Shown here piece by piece: positions 1 to 8,863 of a DNA stretch of 24,000 bases. Below the pieces are notes generated by a model. That model worked only from the letters and a program-made list of their open reading frames with translations, ran no database searches and was not told where the DNA came from. Every line of letters begins with the position of its first letter. The stretch's first letter is position 1. Source of the DNA: Promethearchaeia archaeon (GTDB taxonomy: Archaea > Asgardarchaeota > Lokiarchaeia > Sigyniarchaeales > SOKP01); assembly GCA_046483985.1 (NCBI GenBank), contig JAWOCD010000039.1:60274-84273 (forward strand), read 5' to 3'. Made by a program: the position numbers and the translations under genes.

Positions 1-513
1 ACATTCCGAAATGAAAACGCCGCAGAGGCTCTATATAATATAAGAGATGCCGGAAAAGAAATTATTGTTGGTGCGGGAACCGTACGGACAAAAGAAGATG
101 CTCAAAATGCCATAGACGCTAATGTTGATTTTATGGTAAGTCCTGGTTTAAATAAGTCGGTGATTAAATATGTACAAAATAACTCGCCCCTCCCATTTTT
201 TCCAGGTGTGGACTCTACCCTCGGTATTGAAACGGCATATAAACTTGGCATAAAAACGCTCAAATATTTTCCAGCAAGCGTTGTTGGTGGCGTTAAATGG
301 CTTAAATCAATGAAAGGTCCGTATTATGATATTAATTTTATGCCAACTGGCGGGGTGGGTTTAGATAATTTGGAGGACTATTTACGACTTCCGAATGTAC
401 TTGCTTGTGGTGGTTCCTTTTTAGCACGCTCTCATCTTATTATAGATGAAAACTGGGCAGAAATTACCCAGACTGCAAAAAAGGCTGTGGAAATTGTGAA
501 TAGACTAAGATAG
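1..513 (+). CDS. eda: 2-dehydro-3-deoxyphosphogluconate (KDPG)/4-hydroxy-2-oxoglutarate aldolase, 5'-truncated by the window edge
   Basis: Frame 1 is open from nt 1 (TFRNENAAEALYNIRDAGKEIIVGAGTVRTKEDAQNAIDANVDFMVSPG...), so the gene starts before the listed M at 133. The VGAGTV...F.VSPG...PG..T..E...A...G....K.FPA....G...K....GP......PTGGV pattern is typical of the Eda family. It lies next to a KDG kinase gene. Confidence 0.85.
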   Translation, partial: TFRNENAAEALYNIRDAGKEIIVGAGTVRTKEDAQNAIDANVDFMVSPGLNKSVIKYVQNNSPLPFFPGVDSTLGIETAYKLGIKTLKYFPASVVGGVKWLKSMKGPYYDINFMPTGGVGLDNLEDYLRLPNVLACGGSFLARSHLIIDENWAEITQTAKKAVEIVNRLR

Positions 514-576
514 AACAAATACTTAGAGTTAAAATGAATCAAAAATATAATTAAATATAACAGATGTGAATAAAAA

Positions 577-1614
577 ATGCCAGATGTAATTGTCACCTTA
601 GGAGAATTATTATTACGACTTAAATCACCCGATAGGGAGAGATTTTTTCAGCGTCCTTTATTGGAAGCAACCTTTGGGGGATCAGAGGCAAATGTAGCCA
701 TTTCATTAGCTAATTATGGGGTTAACGCACGATTTGTTACAGCCTTGCCTGATAACCTTATTGGAGATGCAGCGCTCAGATTTGTGAGGTCTATGAACGT
801 GGATACGTCTCAAATCTTGAGACAAGGTCCCAGAGTTGGAATTTACTATTTGGAAGCTGGTTCCGGTCCTAGAGCCTCTAATGTGATCTATGATAGGGCC
901 CATTCCTCTATTTCTGAGGCGAAACCAGAAGATTTTGACTGGGATAAAGTGTTCCAGAATGCTTCATGGTTTCATATTAGCGGAATTACCCCAGCCTTAT
1001 CTCAGAATGCCGCAGATCTTTCAATTGCAGCAATTAAAGAAGCAAAAGAAAGGGGATTGACCGTCTCAAGCGATCTCAATTATCGAAGTAAATTATGGAA
1101 ATATGGGAAGAACGCACCCGAAATAATGACTCAGATGATTGAATATATTGATGTAGTAATTGGGAATGAGGAAGATGTACAAAAATGTCTGGGTCTTGAA
1201 TTAGGGCAAGATATAGTGGGAACTGAACTCTCTCATGATAAATACGAGAATTTAGCGGAAAAAGTGGTTACTAAGTATCCAAATGTCAAATACGTGGGGA
1301 CAAGTTTAAGGGAAGCCCATTCGGCGGATTATAATGAATGGAGTGCTATGCTCTATCCTCAAAAGTTGGGAAAAGCATTATTTTCAGAAAAATATCAACT
1401 CACCGATATAGTTGACAGAGTAGGTGGTGGAGATTCCTTTGGTGCCGCTTTAATCTATGGATTATTCAAGGAGATGGAGGATCAAGAGGCTTTAGAGTTT
1501 GCCGTGGCCGCATCAGCACTTAAACATACGATTCCTGGGGATGTAAATCGAGTTTCGTTAGAAGAAGTGGAAAAGCTTTTGGAAAGCCACGGTTCTGGAA
1601 GGATTGAACGCTAA
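577..1614 (+). CDS. kdgK: 2-dehydro-3-deoxygluconokinase (PfkB/ribokinase-family sugar kinase)
   Basis: 345 aa. N-terminal VTLGELLLRL...GGSEANVA and C-terminal DRVGGGDSFGAALIYG match the PfkB signature motifs. It is adjacent and co-directional with eda. Confidence 0.85.
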   Translation: MPDVIVTLGELLLRLKSPDRERFFQRPLLEATFGGSEANVAISLANYGVNARFVTALPDNLIGDAALRFVRSMNVDTSQILRQGPRVGIYYLEAGSGPRASNVIYDRAHSSISEAKPEDFDWDKVFQNASWFHISGITPALSQNAADLSIAAIKEAKERGLTVSSDLNYRSKLWKYGKNAPEIMTQMIEYIDVVIGNEEDVQKCLGLELGQDIVGTELSHDKYENLAEKVVTKYPNVKYVGTSLREAHSADYNEWSAMLYPQKLGKALFSEKYQLTDIVDRVGGGDSFGAALIYGLFKEMEDQEALEFAVAASALKHTIPGDVNRVSLEEVEKLLESHGSGRIER

Positions 1615-1640
1615 AAAATTTTTAAATTTGATTATTTTTC

Positions 1641-2198
1641 TTATTTTTCACTTTTTAGATAAAAATAGGTATAAATGGGCTTCTTTTTGGTCTGATGTTT
1701 AAGCTTATATTTTTGAGTAAGCAATGATTTACAGATAGTAAGAGGATATTTATGTGCAATAAGTATTGCTCCTTTCTTAGCAGTTTTTAAGATATGTGTC
1801 ATAGACTTCTGCATTGTGGGCAGGGAAAAGGCATAGATGAAATCATACTTTCTTATGTCATATTCGAACATATCATCGTGTTTGAATTGGATGTAATTGA
1901 AATTTCTTTGAGGATACTTCTTTTTAATGCGATTAAACGATTCATTTGCTACTTCTATTAAATTATGGTTTATTTCAATTCCCACGGATTTTATATTATA
2001 ATGGAATCCGACATATAATACAACTCTTCCATCGCCCGCTCCCAAATCTATAAAGCTCTGGTCAGAATTTTTTTGGAGACCGAAATGATCTTCCAATACG
2101 TTGAATATAGGCCTTAAGAACACTTGAAATGTTTCTTGAAATGGTAGCGCCAGTTGAGAAGTGAATTCCTTAAATTTTTTGTAGTTCTCTTCATCCAT
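1641..2198 (-). CDS. class I SAM-dependent methyltransferase, substrate unknown
   Basis: 185 aa. Motif I is FIDLGAGDGRVVLYVG, followed by GIEIN (motif II-like acidic residue). Confidence 0.7.
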   Translation of the reverse strand: MDEENYKKFKEFTSQLALPFQETFQVFLRPIFNVLEDHFGLQKNSDQSFIDLGAGDGRVVLYVGFHYNIKSVGIEINHNLIEVANESFNRIKKKYPQRNFNYIQFKHDDMFEYDIRKYDFIYAFSLPTMQKSMTHILKTAKKGAILIAHKYPLTICKSLLTQKYKLKHQTKKKPIYTYFYLKSEK

Positions 2199-2424
2199 TT
2201 TTCTTGATTTGTTTATATCTTAGGTTTTTGTTTGAAAATCAATCCGATTCTAAACTATTTAGGTGTTCAGACATGTCTTTATTATTTTCATAAATATTAA
2301 CGAATTCCTCGAACAATCTATCATAATTTTCTCTATTTTCTGGATTTGGCTCAAAAAATCCCCTCCTCCAATTAAATTTTGTTTATAAGAGAAAAGGAAA
2401 GTATTAAAGATTAGATGAGGTGAA

Positions 2425-3372
2425 TCACAGGAATTCTGTGAGATTTTTATGACCTTCTTCTCTTTTTCTTTTTTCCAAATACCTTCGAACAGCAGGATAT
2501 TTTTCGGCTAATTCCTCTGGTGAAGGTTTATAGGTAATATACGGTTTATAAAATTGACCCACACTAACTGATTGTAAATTTTCCTCAATAATTTCTTTTA
2601 AATTCTCATTCATCTCAAATCCGTAAAAATGTCTATAGTTTCCTTTAGCACAAACTGCCGTGGTTCCATTCCCCATGAAAGGATCTAAGATCAAGTCTCC
2701 TGGCTTCGAAGAGAAATCAATACATCGGGTCACCACTTTTTCTGGTAATTTCGTGCTATTCTTTCTCTGCCCGGGTCTGTATTTCCTTGGAAGTTCCCAA
2801 ACATCTTCGGGGTAATGGATAATTTTATTGAAAAAATATTGATCCCCGTCTTTAACAAGAAACAAAATGTGATAATGAGAGGTGACAAATTTTTTCCGGG
2901 TAAATACTCCAAATTGATACTTCCAGATAATATGGTTTACTAAGGTTAAATCTGTCTTTTTTATCGCCATCAAAACATCTAATAAATTTGTCCAACCCGA
3001 GAAAATATATGCAGAACCAGTATTTTTCATAATTCGGGGTAATTCTTTGATCCAATTAAGAGTAAATTGGTCATAATCCATCTCAACTTCATTGTATCCC
3101 TCCACGACAAATTTTTCATCTCTATTATATTGCGAACCAATTTTATCAAAATCAATTCCAAACGGGGGATCTGCAATGACTAAATCTATAGAGGAATCAG
3201 GAAGATTTTTCATACCTTTAATACAATTCTGATAATCAATATGATCCACATTTATATCAAATTCGGCATTATGGTATAACTCTTCCGTTTCCTTTTTATT
3301 CCAATCAAAATCGGGTTTGAAGTCCAACTGAGCCATTCCCGCCTGGTATTTCTTTTTATGGTCTTCATTCAT
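2425..3372 (-). CDS. DNA methyltransferase, beta-class (N6-adenine or N4-cytosine), N4/N6 methylase domain
   Basis: 315 aa. The catalytic motif IV (VIADPPFG) comes before the SAM-binding motif I (LDPFMGNGTTAV), which is the beta-class permutation. No nuclease-like ORF is adjacent. Confidence 0.85.
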   Translation of the reverse strand: MNEDHKKKYQAGMAQLDFKPDFDWNKKETEELYHNAEFDINVDHIDYQNCIKGMKNLPDSSIDLVIADPPFGIDFDKIGSQYNRDEKFVVEGYNEVEMDYDQFTLNWIKELPRIMKNTGSAYIFSGWTNLLDVLMAIKKTDLTLVNHIIWKYQFGVFTRKKFVTSHYHILFLVKDGDQYFFNKIIHYPEDVWELPRKYRPGQRKNSTKLPEKVVTRCIDFSSKPGDLILDPFMGNGTTAVCAKGNYRHFYGFEMNENLKEIIEENLQSVSVGQFYKPYITYKPSPEELAEKYPAVRRYLEKRKREEGHKNLTEFL

Positions 3373-3525
3373 TATTTTTTAAACGTTCGAATTGTGAATA
3401 AGATGAATTTGGATTTAGATTAATTTAATTCTCATATTAAGCAATTATTATCATATGATTTTTCAATTTAGCCGAGCCAAGCAAAAAGTTTTCGAGAGGT
3501 AAATAATATATTTCTCCTTGAAGGT

Positions 3526-5184
3526 CTAAATTCGAAATTTAAGGAGAGAATCAAAAAATCCCTCGGGTTTTTCATACCCAAGAAGATTGAGAATTGTTGC
3601 TGCGACATTTCCTAATGCTGGTTGTTCTATATCTTCTCTAATTATGTATTCCCCATCATATTTGGGATCAACGATTGAAAACATCACGGGATTGCACGTA
3701 TGGGACGTTTCCCATTCTGGAGACATATCTTCTAAATTGCCGTGATCTGCTGTGATTATTGAGACACCTCCCAATTCACTGACTTTTTCAACCACTTCCT
3801 TTACACATTCGTCAACCGTCTCTATTGCAATTTTGGAGGATTCAATGTTACCGGTATGCCCTACCATATCGCCGTTGGCAAAATTGACACGTAAAAAGGT
3901 AAATTCTTCACTATTTAATGCTTTTAAAACTTCGTCTTTTACTTCATATGCTTTCATTTTCGGATTCTCTTCTATCATCTCAGAAGGATCTGATTCGATC
4001 TCCACATATTTTTCATAATCTTTACATATATAGCCTTCATTATTTCCATTCCAGAAATAAGTTACATGACCATATTTATGAGTCTCAGCCGTTGCAAACT
4101 GCGAAACTTTTTCGGCACATAAATATTTAGTAATTGGGTCGTCGATTTTAGGAGGTTCAATAAAATATTTCTCAGGTATATGTGCTTGTTTATCATATTC
4201 TAACAACCCATAATACTCTACGTTAGGATCACATTTCTTATCAAATGCGGAAAAGTTATCTTCGTCAAATGCTCGTGAGATTTGAATTGCTCGGTCCCCT
4301 CGAAAATTGAAAAACAGAACTCCATCTCCATTCTCCATTTTCCCGATTGGAAACTTCGCTTCATTAACAATAACAAATGAGGGAAGATATTGGTCACTGA
4401 TTTCGTCCTCTAATTGCCGGGCGCTAGTAATTGCTCGCTCTGCAGACTTAAAGTAACCTTTATAACCTGGATATTTTTCTGGTATTCCGCATACATGAGC
4501 CTCCCATCCTCGCTGGACGACATCCCAATCAGATTTATATCTATCCATGGTAACCCGCATTCTTCCTCCCCCGGATCCAATCCGATAAGTATAACCGGTT
4601 TCGTCATTTATTTTTTTAAGCTCTTTTTCCAAAATATCAATATATTCTAAAGCAGATTGGGAAGGAACGTCTCTCCCATCTAGTAGTGGATGGACGAATA
4701 ATCGTTCAATTTGGGAATTTTTGGCCCCGTGCAATAATCCAATCAGATGATCGATATGGCTGTGTACATATCCGTCTGATAATAATCCGATATAATGGAG
4801 GGTTTTGTTGTTTTTATTAATCATATTTGTAAAATGTGTCCATTTTTTCATTTCAAAGAGTGATTTAGAAAAGATTGCTTCCTTTGCTAAAGTAGCCCTT
4901 TGTTTAATCATCCGACCTGAACCAAATGCATTGTGCCCTACTTCTGAGTTTCCCATTTCATTATCAGTGGGAAGTCCTACAGCGGTTCCATGGGCTTTTA
5001 ATTCAGTGTATAAATCTTTTTGAGGGGATTCTTGTTGGATTTTATCTATATAAGGCGTATCTGCCAGATAATAAGCATTATACTCGTTTTGTGGACCTAA
5101 ACCAACTCCATCCATGATAATAAATACAAGCGGCCCGCTTCTTCTTGAAAATTCATCGATTTTTGCAAGCTCGAGTTTCGACAT
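3526..5184 (-). CDS. gpmI: 2,3-bisphosphoglycerate-independent phosphoglycerate mutase (bacterial/plant-type iPGM)
   Basis: 552 aa. Motifs: IIMDGVGL N-terminus, the catalytic-Ser motif GNSEVGHNAFGSGR, NFANGDMVGHTG and ITADHGN. Confidence 0.9.
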   Translation of the reverse strand: MSKLELAKIDEFSRRSGPLVFIIMDGVGLGPQNEYNAYYLADTPYIDKIQQESPQKDLYTELKAHGTAVGLPTDNEMGNSEVGHNAFGSGRMIKQRATLAKEAIFSKSLFEMKKWTHFTNMINKNNKTLHYIGLLSDGYVHSHIDHLIGLLHGAKNSQIERLFVHPLLDGRDVPSQSALEYIDILEKELKKINDETGYTYRIGSGGGRMRVTMDRYKSDWDVVQRGWEAHVCGIPEKYPGYKGYFKSAERAITSARQLEDEISDQYLPSFVIVNEAKFPIGKMENGDGVLFFNFRGDRAIQISRAFDEDNFSAFDKKCDPNVEYYGLLEYDKQAHIPEKYFIEPPKIDDPITKYLCAEKVSQFATAETHKYGHVTYFWNGNNEGYICKDYEKYVEIESDPSEMIEENPKMKAYEVKDEVLKALNSEEFTFLRVNFANGDMVGHTGNIESSKIAIETVDECVKEVVEKVSELGGVSIITADHGNLEDMSPEWETSHTCNPVMFSIVDPKYDGEYIIREDIEQPALGNVAATILNLLGYEKPEGFFDSLLKFRI

Positions 5185-5289
5185 AGTTTAAAAATTTAGT
5201 ATAAAATAATTGGTTAATAATTTATAAACAAGGTATAATTAAAAAGTTGCTTTTAATAAAAATAAAAGTAAGAATAACATCGAAATTAA

Positions 5290-5958
5290 TTACTCCGAAT
5301 TTGAGACAGATATTGCTTTCTTTTTTATGATGCCGGCAATTAATCCGACCACAGAAAGTGCCATAAACCCTATGAAGTAATTTCCCATGGGAATCGTAAA
5401 CAACCCTTCTAACCTTACTAATACTATCCCATTTTTATCCTCTATGGTTACTGAACTTTTTACGCCTTGAGTGTTATACTCCATCTCCAACGTATATTCA
5501 GATTTTCGTTTGATGATTTTATTTCCTCGTATTGTATATTCATTCGGTAAAATCTCACTTGCTTCTTCCAAATAATCCTCTGTTGGGGTGGGGATAAATA
5601 TATTATCTGCATATTCTTCGGGTGATTTATCGAGAGAAAAAGTCTTGACTGTCCCATCTTTGGTAAAATCCGAGCCGTAATCAAAAAACTCAGTAACTAT
5701 ATTCCAGCCATAACTGGTTTCAACGACATCTGTAACCCGTATTCTGATTTGATCACCCTCGTTAAAACCCGGATCTACTCCGAACACTTTCTCAAAATTG
5801 TGGAGATTAAACTCCTTGATTTCCCATGTGAATTGATCACCTTGACTAATATCTATCCCTTCGTTGGTTTGAGCATGGACATTTACAGTTAATAAGACTG
5901 TAAATAAATTTAGCATTAAAAACAAACAAAACAACGTTTTTCTGTGATGCTGTTTCAT
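5290..5958 (-). CDS. hypothetical secreted protein with a C-terminal membrane anchor
   Basis: 222 aa. N-terminal signal-like segment (KTLFCLFLMLNLFTVLLTVNVHAQ). C-terminal hydrophobic helix (FIGFMALSVVGLIAGII) followed by KKK. No recognisable catalytic motif. Confidence 0.6.
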   Translation of the reverse strand: MKQHHRKTLFCLFLMLNLFTVLLTVNVHAQTNEGIDISQGDQFTWEIKEFNLHNFEKVFGVDPGFNEGDQIRIRVTDVVETSYGWNIVTEFFDYGSDFTKDGTVKTFSLDKSPEEYADNIFIPTPTEDYLEEASEILPNEYTIRGNKIIKRKSEYTLEMEYNTQGVKSSVTIEDKNGIVLVRLEGLFTIPMGNYFIGFMALSVVGLIAGIIKKKAISVSNSE

Positions 5959-6067
5959 TTCTATTTGCTTTTATTTCTAATTGACTAGGTTTTATAATTG
6001 TTTAGTATTATTATTTTTTATTTTTTCTCCTTAAAAGAAGTTTTTTATCATTAAATGCAAAAGAATA

Positions 6068-6143
6068 CCCCGTCCTTTAGGGCGAGGATGAATTTTTCCC
6101 TAATTTTAGCTTGAGAACCGCATTAACGAAAAGATTTAAATAA
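6068..6143 (+). repeat. tnpB 3'-end / IS200-IS605 right-end-like module, copy A1 (solo, no tnpB body upstream)
   Basis: The sequence is ccccgtcctttagggcgaggatgaatttttccctaattttagcttgagaaccgcattaacgaaaagatttaaataa. By manual alignment it differs from 10119-10195 at about 10 of ~72 positions. One frame reads PSFRARMNFSLILA*, resembling the ESHAFRRVWFK* end of the tnpB relic at 6165-6485. Confidence 0.55.
6127..6143 (+). promoter_or_regulatory. BRE/TATA-like element (cgaaaag ATTTAAATAA) about 22 nt upstream of the ATG at 6165
   Basis: A purine-rich stretch followed by TTTAAATA matches the archaeal BRE+TATA consensus. The spacing suits a leaderless or short-leader transcript. The same motif forms the terminus of the repeat family. 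Confidence 0.3.
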
Positions 6144-6164
6144 TGGAAACACTATATACTATGT

Positions 6165-6485
6165 ATGTTTCCGATTAATCCTTTAGAATTGAAACCAAAT
6201 AAACAACAACATCGGATTCAAAAGATTAAGCTGGTCAGAAGTGGTGCTCTCTGGAGCTTATCTAATTATTACAGAAGACAATCCTTTTTCGATAAGGATA
6301 AAGAAGTTTCATTCCATAAAGAGCAATATTACGACTTAAAATACCACGAACTCTATAAAGAGTTAGGCTCTTCGTATTCTCAACAAATATTTAGAAAATT
6401 GGACAAATCGTGCAGGGGTAGGGAATGCGGATATCGAAATGACCGAGATGAATCTCATGCCTTTAGGCGTGTGTGGTTCAAGTGA
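6165..6485 (+). pseudogene. tnpB: internally deleted IS200/IS605-family tnpB (OrfB) relic with an intact 106-codon frame
   Basis: The N-terminus (LELKPNKQQ...SLSNYYRRQ...YKELGSSYSQQIFRKLDKS) fits the TnpB N-terminal pattern (f.l.PnkeQ...N...r...). It is joined directly to the C-terminal zinc-finger/RuvC-III remnant (CRGRECGYRNDRDES) and then HAFRRVWFK*. A full TnpB is ~350-450 aa, so the central WED/RuvC portion is missing. Confidence 0.65.
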
Positions 6486-6549
6486 CTTCCTCATATCTCT
6501 ATATTAAAAAACATTTAAATTAAAATTAAAAAATCTCAAATTGATATAA

Positions 6550-7959
6550 ATGAAAAACAAAAAAATTGCATTCTTATCGGCTTGTGAAATGCGTACCAAA
6601 ATCAAGAATCAAGAATTAAGTTCCCAAGAGATTACAGAAGTAATTATCAACCAGATTCAAGAGAAAAACCCCGTCATCAATGCCTTTTGTACTTCCACAT
6701 TTGAATTAGCCCGAATCATGGCAAAGGAATCAGATCTTAAGATAAAACATGGAAAAGACCTTGGAGTTTTAGAAGGGATACCTATTTCAATTAAGGACGG
6801 AATGGAAACAAGAGACATTAGGACAACTTTTGGGTGCAAGATTTATGAAAATTATATTCCGAAAGAGGATGAGATTGCGGTACAGCGTATTAAAAATGAA
6901 GGGGGTGTCATCTTAGGAAAGACAAATACTCCCGCCTTTGGGTTTCAGCCTGTGACCGATAATTTAATATTTGGACAAACGAAAAATCCGTGGAATTTAG
7001 AAAAAACCCCAGGGGGTTCCAGCGGTGGGGCAGCTGCACAAATCGCTTCTGGGATGGGCCCCTTGGCATTAGGATCGGATGGGGGCGGGTCCATCCGTCT
7101 TCCCAGTAGTTTATGCGGGATTTTTGGGTTTAAACCGACATTCGGCAGGATACCTCGCTATCCGCCACACGGAGTTACATGGGATACATTAGATCATTAC
7201 GGTCCGTTAGTACGTTATGTCGAAGATGCTGCCCTCATGATGGATGCACTTGCGGGTTACTTCCCGGGAGATAGACATTCAATTCGGAGTCAAACGGAGA
7301 GTTATTTGGACTCCTTAACTGAGAAACCCCCTAATTTAAGAATCGGCACTTCGATGGACCTTGGGTTTGTGAAGGCACTCGATCCCGAAATTGAAGAAAC
7401 GGTTCTATCCTCCGCCCAAAAATTCACTCAGTTTGGATGGGATGTAAATGCCGTGAAGCTGAAGCTTCACAGAGCCGAACTCTGTTTTAACACATTGGTC
7501 ACCTCTGGGTTTGCCTATGATCTTAATTTAAAGAAACATGAGGATATTTTGGATGAGAATTTGGTTAAAATGATAAAAGCCGGACAAACCTATTCTGGAA
7601 CGGATGTAAAACGAGCGGAGGCGCAGAGGCAGAAGATTTTTGAAGAGGTTGCTAAGGTATTTCAAGAAATCGATATTTTGATCACACCTACCACGGCATG
7701 TACAGCTTTTGACTTAGGGATGATGTATCCTCCGAAAATAAACGGAAGGGGAGTCTCCCCCGTGGGATGGATGTCCTTTACCTTTCCGTTCAACCTTACT
7801 GGGAATCCAGCCGCGACTATTCCATGTGGGTTTTCTGAAGACGGACTGCCCATTGGAATGCAACTCATCGGAAACCGGTATGCAGATCGATTCGTATTAC
7901 AAGTGTCGAAAGCTTTTCAAGACATCGCCCCTTGGCAGGAGAAAAAACCCAACTTTTAA
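6550..7959 (+). CDS. amidase (amidase-signature family)
   Basis: 469 aa. Motifs: GIPISIKDG (catalytic Lys) and the signature GGSSGGAAAQIASGMGPLALGSDGGGSIRLPSSLCGIFGFKPTFGRIP. It lacks the GatA-specific NMDEFAMGSS segment. Confidence 0.85.
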   Translation: MKNKKIAFLSACEMRTKIKNQELSSQEITEVIINQIQEKNPVINAFCTSTFELARIMAKESDLKIKHGKDLGVLEGIPISIKDGMETRDIRTTFGCKIYENYIPKEDEIAVQRIKNEGGVILGKTNTPAFGFQPVTDNLIFGQTKNPWNLEKTPGGSSGGAAAQIASGMGPLALGSDGGGSIRLPSSLCGIFGFKPTFGRIPRYPPHGVTWDTLDHYGPLVRYVEDAALMMDALAGYFPGDRHSIRSQTESYLDSLTEKPPNLRIGTSMDLGFVKALDPEIEETVLSSAQKFTQFGWDVNAVKLKLHRAELCFNTLVTSGFAYDLNLKKHEDILDENLVKMIKAGQTYSGTDVKRAEAQRQKIFEEVAKVFQEIDILITPTTACTAFDLGMMYPPKINGRGVSPVGWMSFTFPFNLTGNPAATIPCGFSEDGLPIGMQLIGNRYADRFVLQVSKAFQDIAPWQEKKPNF

Positions 7960-8095
7960 TTATTACAAAATGCAGCTTCTGTTTTTCTTCTCTTCTTTAA
8001 TAAAAAATAAAAAATATCTTTAAAAGCAAACCTTTCCCAACACAAATTAATTACCATATAAATTCAATAATATATTTAAAGTGTTGAAAAATAAT

Positions 8096-8758
8096 ATGAG
8101 CAAAGAAGAAAGAACAATTGGGATACCATTAATAGGTGATGAGTTCCCAACCATGAAAGTGAAGACGACACACGGGGATATGTTCTTACCGGATGACATG
8201 ACCGAGAATGGAAACAAATGGTTTATCTTGTTCAGCCATCCCGGTGATTTTACACCTGTTTGCACCACCGAATTTTATGCGTTTTCCACCCGATATGAAA
8301 AATTTCAAGAACTGAATTGCAATCTTATTGGTCTCTCTATCGATCAAGTCTTTGCACATATAAAGTGGGCAGAGTGGATAGAAGATAATCTCGATCAAAA
8401 GGTTCCTTTTCCAATCATTGCCGATCATGGTGAAGTAGGAAAAAAATTAGGCATGATTCATCCGGGACAAGGCGCAAGTACCGTGAGGGCTGTATTTTTA
8501 GTTGATCCAAAGGGCGTAATTCGCATTATCCTCTATTATCCCAAAGAATTGGGAAGAAATTTGGATGAAATCGAGAGAATCGTCAAGGCAATGCAGATTG
8601 CTGACGAGGAGTCCGTAGCAATGCCGGCGGATTGGCCAAATAACCAGTTAATAGGTGATGAGGTTATTCTCCATCCTGCAAGTGATGTGAAAGCCGCCGA
8701 AGAACGAAAAGGGAAGGAAGGCTGTTACGATTGGTGGTTCTGCCACAAAAAAATCTAG
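8096..8758 (+). CDS. peroxiredoxin (archaeal 1-Cys/Prx6-like type)
   Basis: Contains the peroxidatic-Cys motif [11 protein letters not shown] and a C-terminal CYDWWFC pair as in archaeal thioredoxin peroxidases. The track starts at GTG 8081; the ATG at 8096 ([11 protein letters not shown]) is the more likely start. Confidence 0.88.
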   Translation: MSKEERTIGIPLIGDEFPTMKVKTTHGDMFLPDDMTENGNKWFILFSHPGDFTPVCTTEFYAFSTRYEKFQELNCNLIGLSIDQVFAHIKWAEWIEDNLDQKVPFPIIADHGEVGKKLGMIHPGQGASTVRAVFLVDPKGVIRIILYYPKELGRNLDEIERIVKAMQIADEESVAMPADWPNNQLIGDEVILHPASDVKAAEERKGKEGCYDWWFCHKKI

Positions 8759-8784
8759 AATATTAAATTTTAAGAAGTTAATTA

Positions 8785-8792
8785 TTTTTTTT
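8785..8792 (+). terminator. oligo-T tract downstream of the peroxiredoxin gene
   Basis: A run of eight T about 27 nt after the stop codon. Archaeal transcription commonly terminates at oligo-T tracts. Confidence 0.25.
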
Positions 8793-8863
8793 CTTTATTA
8801 CATTAAAGACCTAAGAGAAGGGGCGGACATTATTCTATTTTATTTTATTCCTTTACGGGAGAT

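Noticed and set aside
2239-2375. Acidic minus-strand reading frame between the two methyltransferase genes (…EPNPENRENYDRLFEEFVNIYENNKDMSEHLNSLESD*)
   Set aside because: There is no ATG/GTG/TTG start until 25 codons before the stop, and a taa closes the frame upstream. It is not callable as a gene, so it is mentioned only as a possible relic.
6550-7959. Possible GatA (Glu-tRNA(Gln) amidotransferase subunit A) identity for the amidase
   Set aside because: It lacks the GatA-typical NMDEFAMGSS segment and no gatB/gatC neighbours are present, so the call stays as generic amidase.
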